A program made the position numbers and the translations under genes. This document shows, piece by piece, positions 1 to 11,289 of a stretch of DNA of 64,000 nucleotides; the stretch's first letter is position 1, and each line of letters begins with the position of its first letter. This stretch comes from Bacilli bacterium. Its GTDB lineage: Bacteria; Bacillota_I; Bacilli_A; RFN20; CAG-826. Location of the stretch: assembly GCA_017635465.1 (NCBI GenBank), contig JAGBLL010000059.1:16012-80011 (forward strand). The letters are read 5' to 3'. Below the pieces are notes generated by a model. That model had not been told where the DNA came from, did no database searches, and was given only the letters and a program-made list of their open reading frames with translations.

Positions 1-655
1 TAAATGTATCCACTTCTAAACGGCAGACCATGCCGGAGATATTAGGCATAACCGCTTTCAAGCGCTTTGAAAAGCGGACTAATAAGCTATCACTAAATTG
101 AGCGCCAAAACGTTCTTTAATAACGTGGAATGATCTAATGCCAATTGCAATAGCGTCCATCTCTTGATTTGGATTATTCTTATCTGCATCAGCAACATAC
201 TTATAAAAGTACGATCTTGTATAGAGTCTTGTTAACGCATCCCTTTCAGTGGATTTAATTGTTTGTCTATCTTCGAATAATTCGATGACTCTATTAATTC
301 TTGCTTTAATGATTCTTGAATCTGGATAAGGTTTAGAAATAAAGTCAGAAGCACCATAAGATAAACATTGCACTTCAAGTTCTTTATCAGAAGTTAAAAC
401 AATGACAGGGATGTTATTTAATTTGCCATCACCTTCGATGATATTAAGTAATTCTAGACCAGATAATTTTGGCAAAAACAAATCGAGTAAAATCAAAGAA
501 AAGTTGTTTTTGTTACTCTTAAGTATTTCAAGAGCAGATTCGCCATCTTCCGCTTCACAAATTTCGTAATCATCTAATAAGATGTTTTTTAAAATTTCGC
601 GGTTAATAAATTCATCTTCAACAATTAGTAACTTGCGTTTATTTTTGTTTATCAT
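1..655 (-). CDS. Response regulator with CheY-like receiver + GGDEF (diguanylate-cyclase-type) domain; N-terminal part only, C-terminus lies beyond window start
   Basis: Open at the window edge, so absent from the ORF track. Minus-strand translation from ATG 653-655 gives MINKNKRKLLIVEDEFINREILKNILLDDYEICEAEDGESALEIL..FSLILLDLFLPKLSGLELL..IPVIVLTSD..SKPY (receiver hallmarks). This is followed by RDALTRLYTRSYF..AIGIRSFHVIKERFGAQFSDSLL (first half of a GGDEF domain). AAGGAG lies 8 nt upstream of the ATG. Confidence 0.8.
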   Translation of the reverse strand, partial: MINKNKRKLLIVEDEFINREILKNILLDDYEICEAEDGESALEILKSNKNNFSLILLDLFLPKLSGLELLNIIEGDGKLNNIPVIVLTSDKELEVQCLSYGASDFISKPYPDSRIIKARINRVIELFEDRQTIKSTERDALTRLYTRSYFYKYVADADKNNPNQEMDAIAIGIRSFHVIKERFGAQFSDSLLVRFSKRLKAVMPNISGMVCRLEVDTF

Positions 656-781
656 AGCGTTAACTCCTTTACTAGGATTAAAAGAAAGACTTTTTGTAAA
701 GGGATAAAACAAAAACTATCTATAGCAAAATGATAGCATAATTTTATTAATTTACTTTTAAAAAATTGTTTTTGTAATTAA

Positions 782-1408
782 TTACAGTTCTACTTTTGTG
801 GTGCGAATTGAGAATTTACAGCCACAGTAATGTTGAAAATATAGTCCATATTTACGGACAATATCTAAAGATTTTTCATATCCACCATTCTTTTTAAAGT
901 CAGCGGGTAACCATTGAACTTTCTTATCTTGAGATAATTCAAAACCGATTTTATTTAAATCTTGAGAATTCTTAAATCTGGAGATACTCATCACTGTACC
1001 AACAAAATCAAAACCATGCTCTTCAGCGTAATCAATAGCTTGGCCTAATCTCTTTCTAAAGCAAAGGCGGCAGCGATCCATTCCTTCTCTTTGGTCAGCG
1101 AATGGTTCTAAATCCTTGTTATAGGTTAAATTATCATAAGGGAATTCTATGACTTCAATATCCGCGGAAATAGCTTTTAGATAACCTTTTAATTCGTTTA
1201 AGCGACGATGGTATTCTTCTTCTGGATAAATATTGGAATTGTTATAAATGATTGTGATCTTAAAATAGTCTTTAATTATTTCATAAGGATAAGTAAAACA
1301 TGGTCCACAGCAGACATGTAAAAGTAATGTGGGTTTATTGTTAGATTCCACGAGTTTTTTAAGTAACTTCTCTTGTTCTTTTTGATAATTAATCTTTGTC
1401 TCTTCCAT
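782..1408 (-). CDS. queH: Epoxyqueuosine reductase QueH (DUF208 family)
   Basis: ORF track 782..1429. Start trimmed to ATG 1406-1408 ([11 protein letters not shown]..) because the track start is a [13 protein letters not shown] plus CRLCF and HYCGC cysteine clusters are typical of QueH. Same strand as queA, directly downstream and overlapping it. Confidence 0.8.
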   Translation of the reverse strand: MEETKINYQKEQEKLLKKLVESNNKPTLLLHVCCGPCFTYPYEIIKDYFKITIIYNNSNIYPEEEYHRRLNELKGYLKAISADIEVIEFPYDNLTYNKDLEPFADQREGMDRCRLCFRKRLGQAIDYAEEHGFDFVGTVMSISRFKNSQDLNKIGFELSQDKKVQWLPADFKKNGGYEKSLDIVRKYGLYFQHYCGCKFSIRTTKVEL

Positions 1409-2428
1409 AAATAAACATCGCATCACCAAAGGAGAAGAAACGGTATTTTTCTTCTACAGCATGCTTATAAACTTCTAAAGTAAACTCTCTTCCCATAAAC
1501 GCTGAAACAAGCATGATTAATGTTGATTTAGGTAAATGAAAATTAGTAATTAAAGCATCAATTGTTTTATATTCATAGCCTGGTTCAATGAAGATATTTG
1601 TTGCTTCTCTTGTAGGTTTAAAACATCCATACTTAGAATAATTAGCTTCTAATGTTCTAACTGATGTTGTACCAATAGCAATAATTCTTTGCCCGTTGGC
1701 TTTCGCTTTATTTAATCTATTAGCGGATTCTTCACTCATTTCATAGACTTCACTATGCATGACGTGGTCTTTAGTGTCTTCCACTTTAACTGGCCTAAAT
1801 GTTCCTAAACCAATATGTAAAGTAATATCCACTACTTCGACACCTTTAGCTTTAAGTTTTTCAAATATTTCTTCTGTGAAATGGAAACCCGCAGTTGGAG
1901 CAGCAGCACTTCCTTCGTATTTAGCATAAACAGTTTGATATCTATCGTTTGTACATAGTTGCTGTGCAATATATGGCGGTAAAGGCATTTTACCTAATTG
2001 ATCAAGAACTTCTAAAAAGATACCTTCATAAATAAATTTAAATACGCGAATGCCTTCTTCTCTTTCTTCGATACATTCAGCGATGAGTTTACCATCGCCA
2101 AAATCCACTCTTGCACCAACTTTTAACGATTTAGCGGGTCTAGTTAGACATTCCCAGTTATCGCCCTCTAATTGCTTTAAAAGTAGTAGTTCGCAGTGCG
2201 CACCAGTTACTTCTTTTATTCCTAATAATCTAGCAGGAATAACTTTAGTGTTATTTCTCACTAATACATCGCCTTCGTGAAGGTAATCGACAATATCATA
2301 AAAATGCTTATCTAAATAAGTATGTTCATCTTTATTAACAACACAAAGACGGGAATGATCTCTTTTTTCACTTGGTCTTTGAGCAATTAATTCTTCAGGA
2401 AGATAATAATCAAATAAATTAATATTCA

Positions 2429-2429
<1 letters not shown>
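1389..2429 (-). CDS. queA: S-adenosylmethionine:tRNA ribosyltransferase-isomerase
   Basis: 346 aa. [40 protein letters not shown] and [10 protein letters not shown] are characteristic QueA blocks. The start overlaps the tgt stop by 1 nt (TAATG at 2427-2431). Confidence 0.95.
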
Positions 2430-3590
<1,161 letters not shown>

Positions 3591-3592
3591 AC

Positions 3593-3615
3593 AAAAAGCG
3601 TAGCAGCCGCTACGC
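3593..3615 (-). terminator. Rho-independent terminator after the GH43 gene
   Basis: Minus-strand RNA has GCGUAGC-GGCU-GCUACGC (7-bp GC-rich stem, 3598-3615) followed by UUUUUGUUUG. Confidence 0.7.
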
Positions 3616-3633
3616 CTTATTGTTTTTGCTTTC

Positions 3634-5052
3634 TTATTTAAGAATTAATTTTCTCAAGTTGAGAGCGCCTTTACCTTCGTAAACGAATGTTACTTGATCT
3701 TTAGCGCCACCATTTTCAATTGGGAATTCGATGCAAGCTTCACCTTCAACATTGATTTCTTTAACGGCTTCTTTATCACCATATTTCATTACGAGCTTAC
3801 CATTGGCCTTACCATCTAACTTAATAGCGAATGTTTTGGTCTTTTGTAAATCGAAATACTTATAGGTAACGGAACAACCATCATTGAAATTCTTGATATA
3901 TTGGTTTGGATTTTCGTTTCTATCTCTACCTTCTTGAGTTAAGAATGGTTCTTTTGTGTGACCTGATTTGAAAACACCATAGAATCTATTACCATCTTTA
4001 GCTCTTAAGCCACAGCAGATAGAAGCAAAGTATTCGCCTTCACCTGGTAATGGTTTGCCATATAAACCTTGTGATGTTCTTTCAACTTGTTTGAAGGAAC
4101 CATCTTTTTCCATAAAGATTTCTTCTGCGAAACCTTGTCTAGAGAATTGGCATTTATTTGTTTGTCTATGAGCGAAGACATAGTATTTGCCATTAACTTC
4201 CACCATGGAACCATGTGTATTACCTGTGAAGTCACAAGCATCTTTACTATTTTCAATACCTCTTAAACCGATATCACCATTGGAGACTAATGTGCCACCT
4301 TTTCTGAATGGACCTTTTGGTGTATCACCGATACAGTAGAATAATTCATGGCCGGCTTGTGAAGAATAAATGAAGTAATATTTGCCGTTGAATTTACGCA
4401 TTGAACTAGCTTCGAAGAAAGCGTGCATGCCATATTCTTTATTCTTATCGTTTTGAATTGATGGAACTGTTGTAATTGGTTCAGTGATAACTGTCACCAT
4501 GTCTTTTGGATCGAGTTCAACAACCGCACCACCAAGAATCTTCTTAGCGCTTAAGCCAATAACTGGATAGAACAAAGCAGAACCGTAATAGAGATAGACG
4601 TGACCATCTTCCACATAAACTGCTGGGTCAAATGGTGCGTAACTCTTTTGCCATTTTCTTAAATCAACTTTGCCATGGAATTTGAATGGACCAGCTGGGG
4701 AATCACTGACTGCGCAGCGGATAACCCATGAACCTTTGGTGAAACCAGGTGCTGGTGAATAGTAAATATAATATTTGCCATCAGGACCTTGACAAACGTC
4801 TGGGGCATAAAATTGTGTTTTTCTTTTATTTAGTGGATCATCTGTCTTTTTCCAGATAACACCTTCATAACGCCAATCTGATAAATCGTCAATTGGTGCG
4901 GACCATGTAATATAGTCGTTTAAACAGAAACCGCTACTTCCGAAACGGTCATGAGAGCCATAGACGTAAACACGACCATTAAAAACGTGTGGTTCGCCAT
5001 CTGGGACGTACTCAAAATTAGGTAAGTAGGGATTAGTAACTACTTTTTTCAT
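3634..5052 (-). CDS. Glycoside hydrolase family 43 (beta-xylosidase / alpha-L-arabinofuranosidase-like)
   Basis: ORF track 3634..5076. Start moved to ATG 5050-5052 (MKKVVTNPYLPNFEYVPDGEPHVF..RVYVYGSHD), which has AGGAGA 7 nt upstream. N-terminal block and repeated W/Y-rich beta-propeller segments resemble GH43. No signal peptide, so probably cytoplasmic. Confidence 0.8.
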   Translation of the reverse strand: MKKVVTNPYLPNFEYVPDGEPHVFNGRVYVYGSHDRFGSSGFCLNDYITWSAPIDDLSDWRYEGVIWKKTDDPLNKRKTQFYAPDVCQGPDGKYYIYYSPAPGFTKGSWVIRCAVSDSPAGPFKFHGKVDLRKWQKSYAPFDPAVYVEDGHVYLYYGSALFYPVIGLSAKKILGGAVVELDPKDMVTVITEPITTVPSIQNDKNKEYGMHAFFEASSMRKFNGKYYFIYSSQAGHELFYCIGDTPKGPFRKGGTLVSNGDIGLRGIENSKDACDFTGNTHGSMVEVNGKYYVFAHRQTNKCQFSRQGFAEEIFMEKDGSFKQVERTSQGLYGKPLPGEGEYFASICCGLRAKDGNRFYGVFKSGHTKEPFLTQEGRDRNENPNQYIKNFNDGCSVTYKYFDLQKTKTFAIKLDGKANGKLVMKYGDKEAVKEINVEGEACIEFPIENGGAKDQVTFVYEGKGALNLRKLILK

Positions 5053-5158
5053 GATAAATCTCCTATGTGTGTACATTTATAATATCAATAAAAAAGCGCT
5101 CGCGATTATATCATTATGCGTTTTTTTAATGACTATCTTACGAAAGCGCTTTGTTTAG

Positions 5159-5677
5159 TTAAATAATTTTAATGAAATCGGCTTTTCTTTCCTTGACTGC
5201 TAATACAGTCCCTTCCTTTGGATAACCAAGGATACAAGAACCCACTACACGATGGTCTTCTGGGATGCCTAATTGCTTCTTAATTTTTAACCCATCTTTT
5301 GATTGGAACAATTCATCAAATTGATTGATCCAACAAGTAGCAATCTTTAGGGCAGATGCTGCGACAAACATGTTTTCAAGGATACAAGAGCAATCTTGGA
5401 AAGTGAACGCATCTTCTCTAGGACCAGTAACAATTAGAATAGTTTTAGCCCCATACATACAGTCTCTATTTAATTGTTCGACTGATAATTTGCGGAGACG
5501 TTCCACGTATTTTTTACTATTAACCACAAAGATATTAGCGATTTGTCTATTCTTTCCACTTGGTGCAAATTTGCCAGCTTCCGCAATTTCTAAAGCTTTC
5601 TTTAATGAGACTTTCTTGTCACTATATGTTCTGCAGCTGACACGTTCCTTAATTGTTTTGATTACTCTGTTTTCCAT
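5159..5677 (-). CDS. Nitroreductase-family flavoprotein
   Basis: 172 aa. RVSCRTYSDKKV and PSGKNRQ blocks and overall size fit the NADH/FMN nitroreductase fold. Confidence 0.75.
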   Translation of the reverse strand: MENRVIKTIKERVSCRTYSDKKVSLKKALEIAEAGKFAPSGKNRQIANIFVVNSKKYVERLRKLSVEQLNRDCMYGAKTILIVTGPREDAFTFQDCSCILENMFVAASALKIATCWINQFDELFQSKDGLKIKKQLGIPEDHRVVGSCILGYPKEGTVLAVKERKADFIKII

Positions 5678-5692
5678 ATTATTATTAACCTC

Positions 5693-6277
5693 TTATCTGT
5701 AATATTTAACAGTCATTAAAGCAATGTATTTATTTGTTTCATAATCACTCTTTAAAGGTGATTCATCAACATCGATACCTTTTGAATGGCAATACTTAAC
5801 AAAATCTTTTGTGAAGAACCATAAGCGAATGTCACGTTGGACAAAGTTGTCATTCGTTGTGAACTTTTCGACTTTGAATGGCATGTAATATAGTTTCCCA
5901 TTACTATAAACAAAGTTATCTGGTTTCATATCTAACGCCATACGGTCATTTCTTGCATACCAGAAGGCGGTAAACATTAATTTAATTATTTCTTCTGGGA
6001 GTTCTTCTCTCGCAAGCATTTCTAAACAGTTATCACCTTCAACATATTCGATAACAGCCCATCTTAAATTCTTGTCATATAAGAAACATTTTGGATTGGT
6101 CACTCCTGACACTCTTAAACGATGTTCGCAGTCGACAAATTTATCAAATCCTTCCTTATCGTTATCAAACTTCTTAAGGAAATAATAAGTACCCTTTCTT
6201 TCGACTTTGAAGGAGCGATCTCCTAGCTGTTCCACTACTTGATATACTTTTCTTTTAATTTCAATTTCTTCAACCAT
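5693..6277 (-). CDS. Small atypical protein-kinase-like protein (194 aa)
   Basis: Gly-rich start LGDRSFKVERKG and YYFLKKF (beta3 Lys-like). Hinge AVIEYVEGDN. Catalytic-loop-like LDMKPDNFVY. No DFG (YYMPFK instead) and no activation segment or C-lobe extension. Confidence 0.5.
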   Translation of the reverse strand: MVEEIEIKRKVYQVVEQLGDRSFKVERKGTYYFLKKFDNDKEGFDKFVDCEHRLRVSGVTNPKCFLYDKNLRWAVIEYVEGDNCLEMLAREELPEEIIKLMFTAFWYARNDRMALDMKPDNFVYSNGKLYYMPFKVEKFTTNDNFVQRDIRLWFFTKDFVKYCHSKGIDVDESPLKSDYETNKYIALMTVKYYR

Positions 6278-6373
6278 ATCTACATTTTATAGATATTTGT
6301 TTTCTTAGAAAAGAAAAAGATATTTTGTTTTTCTTCTAACAATATATAATATTGGCAATAAGAGGAAACGAAT

Positions 6374-7564
6374 ATGAACAAAAACGTTGAAAGATTTATT
6401 AGATACGCCAAAATTGATACTCAAGCTGATGAGAATACAGGTACTACTCCTTCTACTGAAAAGCAAAAGAATTTAGGTCGTTTATTAGTTAAAGAATTAA
6501 AAGAACTTGGCTTAGATGATGCTTACATGGATGAATATGGTATTGTCTACGCTCATCTTGATGGTGAAGGTGAAGTTATCGGCTTAAACGCTCATATGGA
6601 TACAGCTTTAGAAGTTAAAGATGAAGGTGTTAATCCTCAAATTGTTAATAATTGGGATGGCAAAGACATCAAATTAAATGAGCAATATTCTATTTCCTTA
6701 AATCAATTCCCACATATGAAAGCTTTTATCGGTAAAGACTTAGTCGTTACTGATGGTAATACATTATTAGGCGCTGATGATAAAGCGGGTATTGCAATCA
6801 TCATGGGTGTTTTAGATTACATTAAAGAACATCCAGAATTTAAACATCATCCATTAGCGGTAGCGTTTACTGTTGATGAAGAAATTGGTGAAGGTCCAAA
6901 GCATTTCTCTTTAGAAAAAATGGGTGCGGAATATGCTTTTACTGTTGATGGAGGTGCGATTGACGAAATCGCTATTGAGAATTTCAACGCTCAACAATTG
7001 AAAGTTAAGATTGATGGTGTTGCGGTCCATCCAGGCGAAGGCAAAAATACATTAATCAATGCTTTGCAAGTGCAATCAGAATTCATCTCTATGCTTCCTG
7101 AAAAAGAAACACCATTCTATGCTGACGAGGGCTACTGGCATTTAACAAGCGCAAATGGTACTTCTGAAAAGACTGAATTCGTAGCAATTTTAAGAAATTT
7201 CTCTAGAGAAAAATTAGAAGCATTAGATAAATGTATTTATGAAATTAGAGATAATTTATTAAAGAAATATCCAAAGGCTAAAATCAACGTTGAAATTTCT
7301 GAACAATATGAAAATATGAAACCATATGTTGATAAAGATCCTCGTCCAGTTAAAAAAGCAGAAGCCGCTTTAAGAAAAGTTGGTTTAGAACCTAAATTTG
7401 ACAGAATCAAAGGTGGCACTGACGGTGCGACTTTCTCTAAGATGGGTTTAGTAACACCAAACTTAGGGACAGGAAGTGGTAACCACCATGGTCGTTTTGA
7501 ATATTTAGTTATCCAAGATTTTGAGAAGATGATTGATATCGTTTTAGAAATTGTTAAGAATTAG
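6374..7564 (+). CDS. pepT: Peptidase T (tripeptide aminopeptidase, M20B)
   Basis: 396 aa. N-terminus ERFIRYAKIDTQADE; metal-ligand blocks NAHMDT, GADDKAGIA and DEEIG. AGAGGA lies upstream of the ATG. Confidence 0.9.
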   Translation: MNKNVERFIRYAKIDTQADENTGTTPSTEKQKNLGRLLVKELKELGLDDAYMDEYGIVYAHLDGEGEVIGLNAHMDTALEVKDEGVNPQIVNNWDGKDIKLNEQYSISLNQFPHMKAFIGKDLVVTDGNTLLGADDKAGIAIIMGVLDYIKEHPEFKHHPLAVAFTVDEEIGEGPKHFSLEKMGAEYAFTVDGGAIDEIAIENFNAQQLKVKIDGVAVHPGEGKNTLINALQVQSEFISMLPEKETPFYADEGYWHLTSANGTSEKTEFVAILRNFSREKLEALDKCIYEIRDNLLKKYPKAKINVEISEQYENMKPYVDKDPRPVKKAEAALRKVGLEPKFDRIKGGTDGATFSKMGLVTPNLGTGSGNHHGRFEYLVIQDFEKMIDIVLEIVKN

Positions 7565-7567
7565 GAT

Positions 7568-8110
7568 ATGAGAAAAACAAATACTTTACATGTCATATTA
7601 GAAATTGTTGCTATTATTAGTTTCATCTTTATCGGTGTTACTGTTTTAACATTTCTAGCTTATCCAGATGTTGATATTCATAATAAATCATTTATTGGTT
7701 CAATTATCTTAGCAATAGGCACCACTGAATTAGTGCAATTCTTGTCTTTAAACTATTTAGGAAAAAGAAGAAATGTGATTAACGCAGTTGTTGCAGGAAT
7801 AAGCATGGCATTAGGTATTGTCTTTATGGCGGCTAAGCTTGAACTAGATACCGTCTGCCTTATTTGGGCTATTCTCGCAATTGCATTCCAAATTGCCAAA
7901 ATCATCAACGGTGGTTTCAATTTGATGAAAAAACCACTACTAAATGCTGGTGTAATTATTCTTTGTATTGTTGAAATTATCTATTGTGTTTTCTTAATCA
8001 TCAATAGATCAAAATCATTAATTCCATTCTTTACATTCTTAGGCGTTTCATTACTCGTAAGAGCGTTCTTATACATCATTGAATTTTTCATTCACCGCTA
8101 TCAAAAATAG
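7568..8110 (+). CDS. Integral membrane protein, unknown function (about 6 TM)
   Basis: 180 aa, almost entirely hydrophobic helices. Starts 4 nt after the pepT stop, so probably co-transcribed. Confidence 0.6.
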   Translation: MRKTNTLHVILEIVAIISFIFIGVTVLTFLAYPDVDIHNKSFIGSIILAIGTTELVQFLSLNYLGKRRNVINAVVAGISMALGIVFMAAKLELDTVCLIWAILAIAFQIAKIINGGFNLMKKPLLNAGVIILCIVEIIYCVFLIINRSKSLIPFFTFLGVSLLVRAFLYIIEFFIHRYQK

Positions 8111-8179
8111 TGCGTATTTAAATTCATTGTCTTCTTTTGTGATTTGTCACTATTTTGGAAGGCTTTTTTTATTAATAGG

Positions 8180-8208
8180 TTGACAAAAAGGGTTATTGGC
8201 ATTAAGTT
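8180..8208 (+). promoter_or_regulatory. Promoter of the MFS-glycerophosphodiesterase pair
   Basis: TTGACA (8180-8185) - 17 nt - TAAGTT (8203-8208). Followed by the perfect hairpin ATGTGCT-ATTT-AGCACAT (8221-8238) in the 5' UTR. Confidence 0.5.
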
Positions 8209-8254
8209 GCTATTGTAAGCATGTGCTATTTAGCACATAGAAAGATAGGTAATT

Positions 8255-9748
8255 ATGGAACAAACTGTTTCGAATCAGTCTACGTTTAAGCTGAACTATA
8301 AACGTACATTTTTAATCGGCTTTGCCTTTTTTGGCATTTTGCTTTTATGGCAAGTTTATGATTTATGGTGCCCAACATTTTTAACAGAAATGTTCGCTAA
8401 AGCATTCTATCCAGAATATGAAGCACTTCGCCAAATCAATACAGCAGACGCCATTAAACAATGCGGTGACATTATTAAGAAAGTTCAATACCCTGTCGGT
8501 ATCATGATGGCTATCGATAACATCGCTGCATTAATCTTAATGCCAGTATTTGGTCATTTATCAGATAAGACAAACACTAAAATTGGTAAGCGTATGCCTT
8601 ACATCTTAATTGGTACATTTGTCTGTGCTATTGCTTTCCCATTTATTCCAGTGTTATTCCACTTCAATCAATTAGCTGGTGTCATCATCATGATGGCCGT
8701 TGTCGTATTATTTGCGATGATGTATAGAAACCCAGCGGTTGCTTTAATGCCTGATATTACTCCAAAACCATTACGTTCTAAAGCAAACGGTATTATTAAT
8801 ATCATGGGCTATATCGGTGGCGCTTTTGCCACAGTCGTTGGTCTTGTCTTCGTTTTAAGTAGATATTTAGGTACCGCGGTTGATAAAAATACAGGTTTAT
8901 ATGCTGACCATACATGGGCATATAACAATATTTGGGCGGTTGAAGGTCCATTCCTTGTGGCCTCTGTTTTGATGCTTATCTCCGCGATTGTCTTATTCGT
9001 TCTTGTTAAGGAAAATAAAATCAAAGAAGAAATGAAAGATGAATTAGCCAGAGGAGAAGCAGTCAGTGAAACCGCTGATAAGGTTGATGATGATAAACCA
9101 TTATCAAAAGCCAATAAGATTATGCTCTTCCTCATTTTAGGAGCAGAATTTTTCTGGTTTATGGCGGATAATGGTGTCTCTACATTCCTTAATAACTACG
9201 TTATTTACGGTACACATTCAGAATCAACAAGCACAATGATCTTAACAATTTTAGGTGGTCTTGGTAGCGTGGCAGGTTTTGCTCTTGGTGGTATTATCGC
9301 AAGTAAGATTGGCCGTAAATGGACATTATTTGGTGGCTTAGCTTTATCATTATTAAGCTATTTACTTTGGGCTTTATTAGCATTCACTGCCGGCTTACCA
9401 AAAGGTTCGATCCCAATTTGGCTATATATCATTTGGTTGGTTAAAGGCTTTGGCATGTCATTAGTGCATGTCAATTCCTTCCCAATGGTCGTTGAATTAT
9501 GTAACAGCAAAAAGATTGGTAGATTTACTGGTTATTATTACGCCGCCAGTATGTCCGCTCAAACAATCACCCCTATCGCTTTAGGTGGTTTATTATTCAT
9601 TCCTGCTTTTGACTGGAGATTCTTGCCAGTTTACGCTGGCGTTTGTATCGCCATTTCCTTAGTGGTATTCTTCTTTGTGAAGAATGTGAAGAGCACAAAG
9701 ACTAAATTCACATCTGGATTAGAAGCTATAGGAGACGCTGAAGAATAA
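8255..9748 (+). CDS. MFS / GPH-family transporter (12 TM with a charged central loop)
   Basis: 497 aa. Two blocks of about 6 TM separated by KENKIKEEMKDELARGEAVSETADKVDDDK. GHLSDKTNTKIGKRMPYIL resembles the GPH/MFS_2 loop motif. Adjacent downstream gene is a glycerophosphodiesterase. Confidence 0.75.
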   Translation: MEQTVSNQSTFKLNYKRTFLIGFAFFGILLLWQVYDLWCPTFLTEMFAKAFYPEYEALRQINTADAIKQCGDIIKKVQYPVGIMMAIDNIAALILMPVFGHLSDKTNTKIGKRMPYILIGTFVCAIAFPFIPVLFHFNQLAGVIIMMAVVVLFAMMYRNPAVALMPDITPKPLRSKANGIINIMGYIGGAFATVVGLVFVLSRYLGTAVDKNTGLYADHTWAYNNIWAVEGPFLVASVLMLISAIVLFVLVKENKIKEEMKDELARGEAVSETADKVDDDKPLSKANKIMLFLILGAEFFWFMADNGVSTFLNNYVIYGTHSESTSTMILTILGGLGSVAGFALGGIIASKIGRKWTLFGGLALSLLSYLLWALLAFTAGLPKGSIPIWLYIIWLVKGFGMSLVHVNSFPMVVELCNSKKIGRFTGYYYAASMSAQTITPIALGGLLFIPAFDWRFLPVYAGVCIAISLVVFFFVKNVKSTKTKFTSGLEAIGDAEE

Positions 9749-9753
9749 TAAAT

Positions 9754-10455
9754 ATGAAACCATTATGTATTGCACATCGTGGCAAGCACGATAAATACTT
9801 TGAGAATACTCTAAATGCCTTTAAAGAAGCGGCAAAAAGTGAATTCTTTGGTATTGAAACTGATATTCATTTAACTAAAGATAACTATTGGGTTATTCAT
9901 CATGATCCAGATTTCTTAAGCGATGGCAAAAAATACGTCATCGCGGACATGACAAAAGACGAAGTCGTTAAATTGCATTTAGACAATGACCAAGGCGATA
10001 AAGAAGCCTATATTCCCCTATTTGAGGACTATTTAAAGATTTGTAAAGAGAGTGGCAAACGCCCAATCATTGAATTCAAACCAAAGAATCCTAAAAAGAA
10101 ATATCTAAAACAAATCGTTAAATATATCGATGAATATATGGGCATTGAAAATGTTACATTTATCGCTTTCTATCCTTGGCCATTAATTAAATTAAGGAAC
10201 ATGTTACATAAGAAAGTCCATTTACAACAACTTCTGGAAGAAGGTCATTATAAGACATTATATAAATGGGCTAAATTCTTTAAGATGGATATTGATATCG
10301 AAGATAGATTATTAACTCAAGATTTAGTGGATATCTTCCATAAGAAAAATCTTAAAGTTAATTGTTGGACAGTTGATAATCCTGAAATGTTAAAAAAATT
10401 AGAAGACATGGGTGTTGATTACATCACCACGAATGTCTTCCAACAAAATTCATAA
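9754..10455 (+). CDS. Glycerophosphodiester phosphodiesterase (GDPD family)
   Basis: 233 aa. CIAHRG..ENTLNAF..GIETDIHLTKDNYWVIHHD is the GDPD catalytic signature. Confidence 0.85.
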   Translation: MKPLCIAHRGKHDKYFENTLNAFKEAAKSEFFGIETDIHLTKDNYWVIHHDPDFLSDGKKYVIADMTKDEVVKLHLDNDQGDKEAYIPLFEDYLKICKESGKRPIIEFKPKNPKKKYLKQIVKYIDEYMGIENVTFIAFYPWPLIKLRNMLHKKVHLQQLLEEGHYKTLYKWAKFFKMDIDIEDRLLTQDLVDIFHKKNLKVNCWTVDNPEMLKKLEDMGVDYITTNVFQQNS

Positions 10456-10475
10456 AAAGTTCTGCTAAAAGAACT
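10454..10475 (-). terminator. Weak AT-rich terminator after the HAD gene
   Basis: Minus-strand RNA has AGUUCU-UUUAGC-AGAACU followed by UUUUUAU. The stem is only 6 bp and AT-rich. Confidence 0.35.
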
Positions 10476-10500
10476 GAAACTTATAAGTATTTCAAACAAC

Positions 10501-11283
10501 TTATTTCTCAAGTAAATCAATTAAGTCGGCTATAGAATCAATAATATATGTCGGCTTTTTTGTTGCCTTTTGAAATTCTTCTAAAGTTGTTTCCCCACTT
10601 AATACCGCAACAGTATCAACATGAGCGTTAAGACCTGCGACTATATCGGTATAATAGCGGTCACCCACCATCATTGTTTCTTTGTTGCTAACACTAAATT
10701 TTTCCATCACTTGATAAATCATTGTGGGTTCTGGTTTACCTAAGAAAATTGGTGCTTTATTAGTGCACATCTCAATCCATTTGCATAAACCACCACAATC
10801 TGGAATATATAATCCATCTTCAATTGGGCAACGATAATCCATATTCGTGGCAATAAATTTACTGCCCTTTTGGATATATAGACATGCATTCTTTAATTCG
10901 TCATAAACGAGTTCAGTATCAAATGAGGCCAATACCACATCTGGTACTTCTTCTTGATAATCTTCAATAAGTTGGAAATGTTTCTTTAATTCTTCTTTAA
11001 AAGTTTTAACGCCTAAAACAAAAAGTGTTTTAACATTTTGATCTTTTAAATATCTAATTGTGGTGTCAATTGAAGAATAAAAATTATCTTCATTACATTC
11101 GATACCCATCCTTTTAATCTTTTCAACGTAAAACTTTAATGAGTGAGAAGAATTGTTAGTCAAAAAAACAAACGAAATATCGTTTTGTTTAAGATATTCG
11201 AATGTTTCTTTTGCGCCTTTAAAGAGATGCTCACCGAGATAGACGGTGCCATCCATGTCAAAGCATATAAGCTTTTTATTCAT
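10501..11283 (-). CDS. HAD-IIA family hydrolase (NagD-like sugar phosphatase)
   Basis: 260 aa. FDMDGTVYLG (motif I), FLTNNS (motif II) and MVGDRYYTDI (motif IV). Confidence 0.85.
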   Translation of the reverse strand: MNKKLICFDMDGTVYLGEHLFKGAKETFEYLKQNDISFVFLTNNSSHSLKFYVEKIKRMGIECNEDNFYSSIDTTIRYLKDQNVKTLFVLGVKTFKEELKKHFQLIEDYQEEVPDVVLASFDTELVYDELKNACLYIQKGSKFIATNMDYRCPIEDGLYIPDCGGLCKWIEMCTNKAPIFLGKPEPTMIYQVMEKFSVSNKETMMVGDRYYTDIVAGLNAHVDTVAVLSGETTLEEFQKATKKPTYIIDSIADLIDLLEK

Positions 11284-11289
11284 TAAAAC

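Noticed and set aside
6300-6312. Palindrome TTTTCT-T-AGAAAA in the pepT divergent promoter region as a CodY-like box
   Set aside because: The TTTTC/GAAAA halves are separated by 3 nt (TTA) rather than the single W of the CodY consensus, it is composed only of A/T-rich arms, and there is no second copy.
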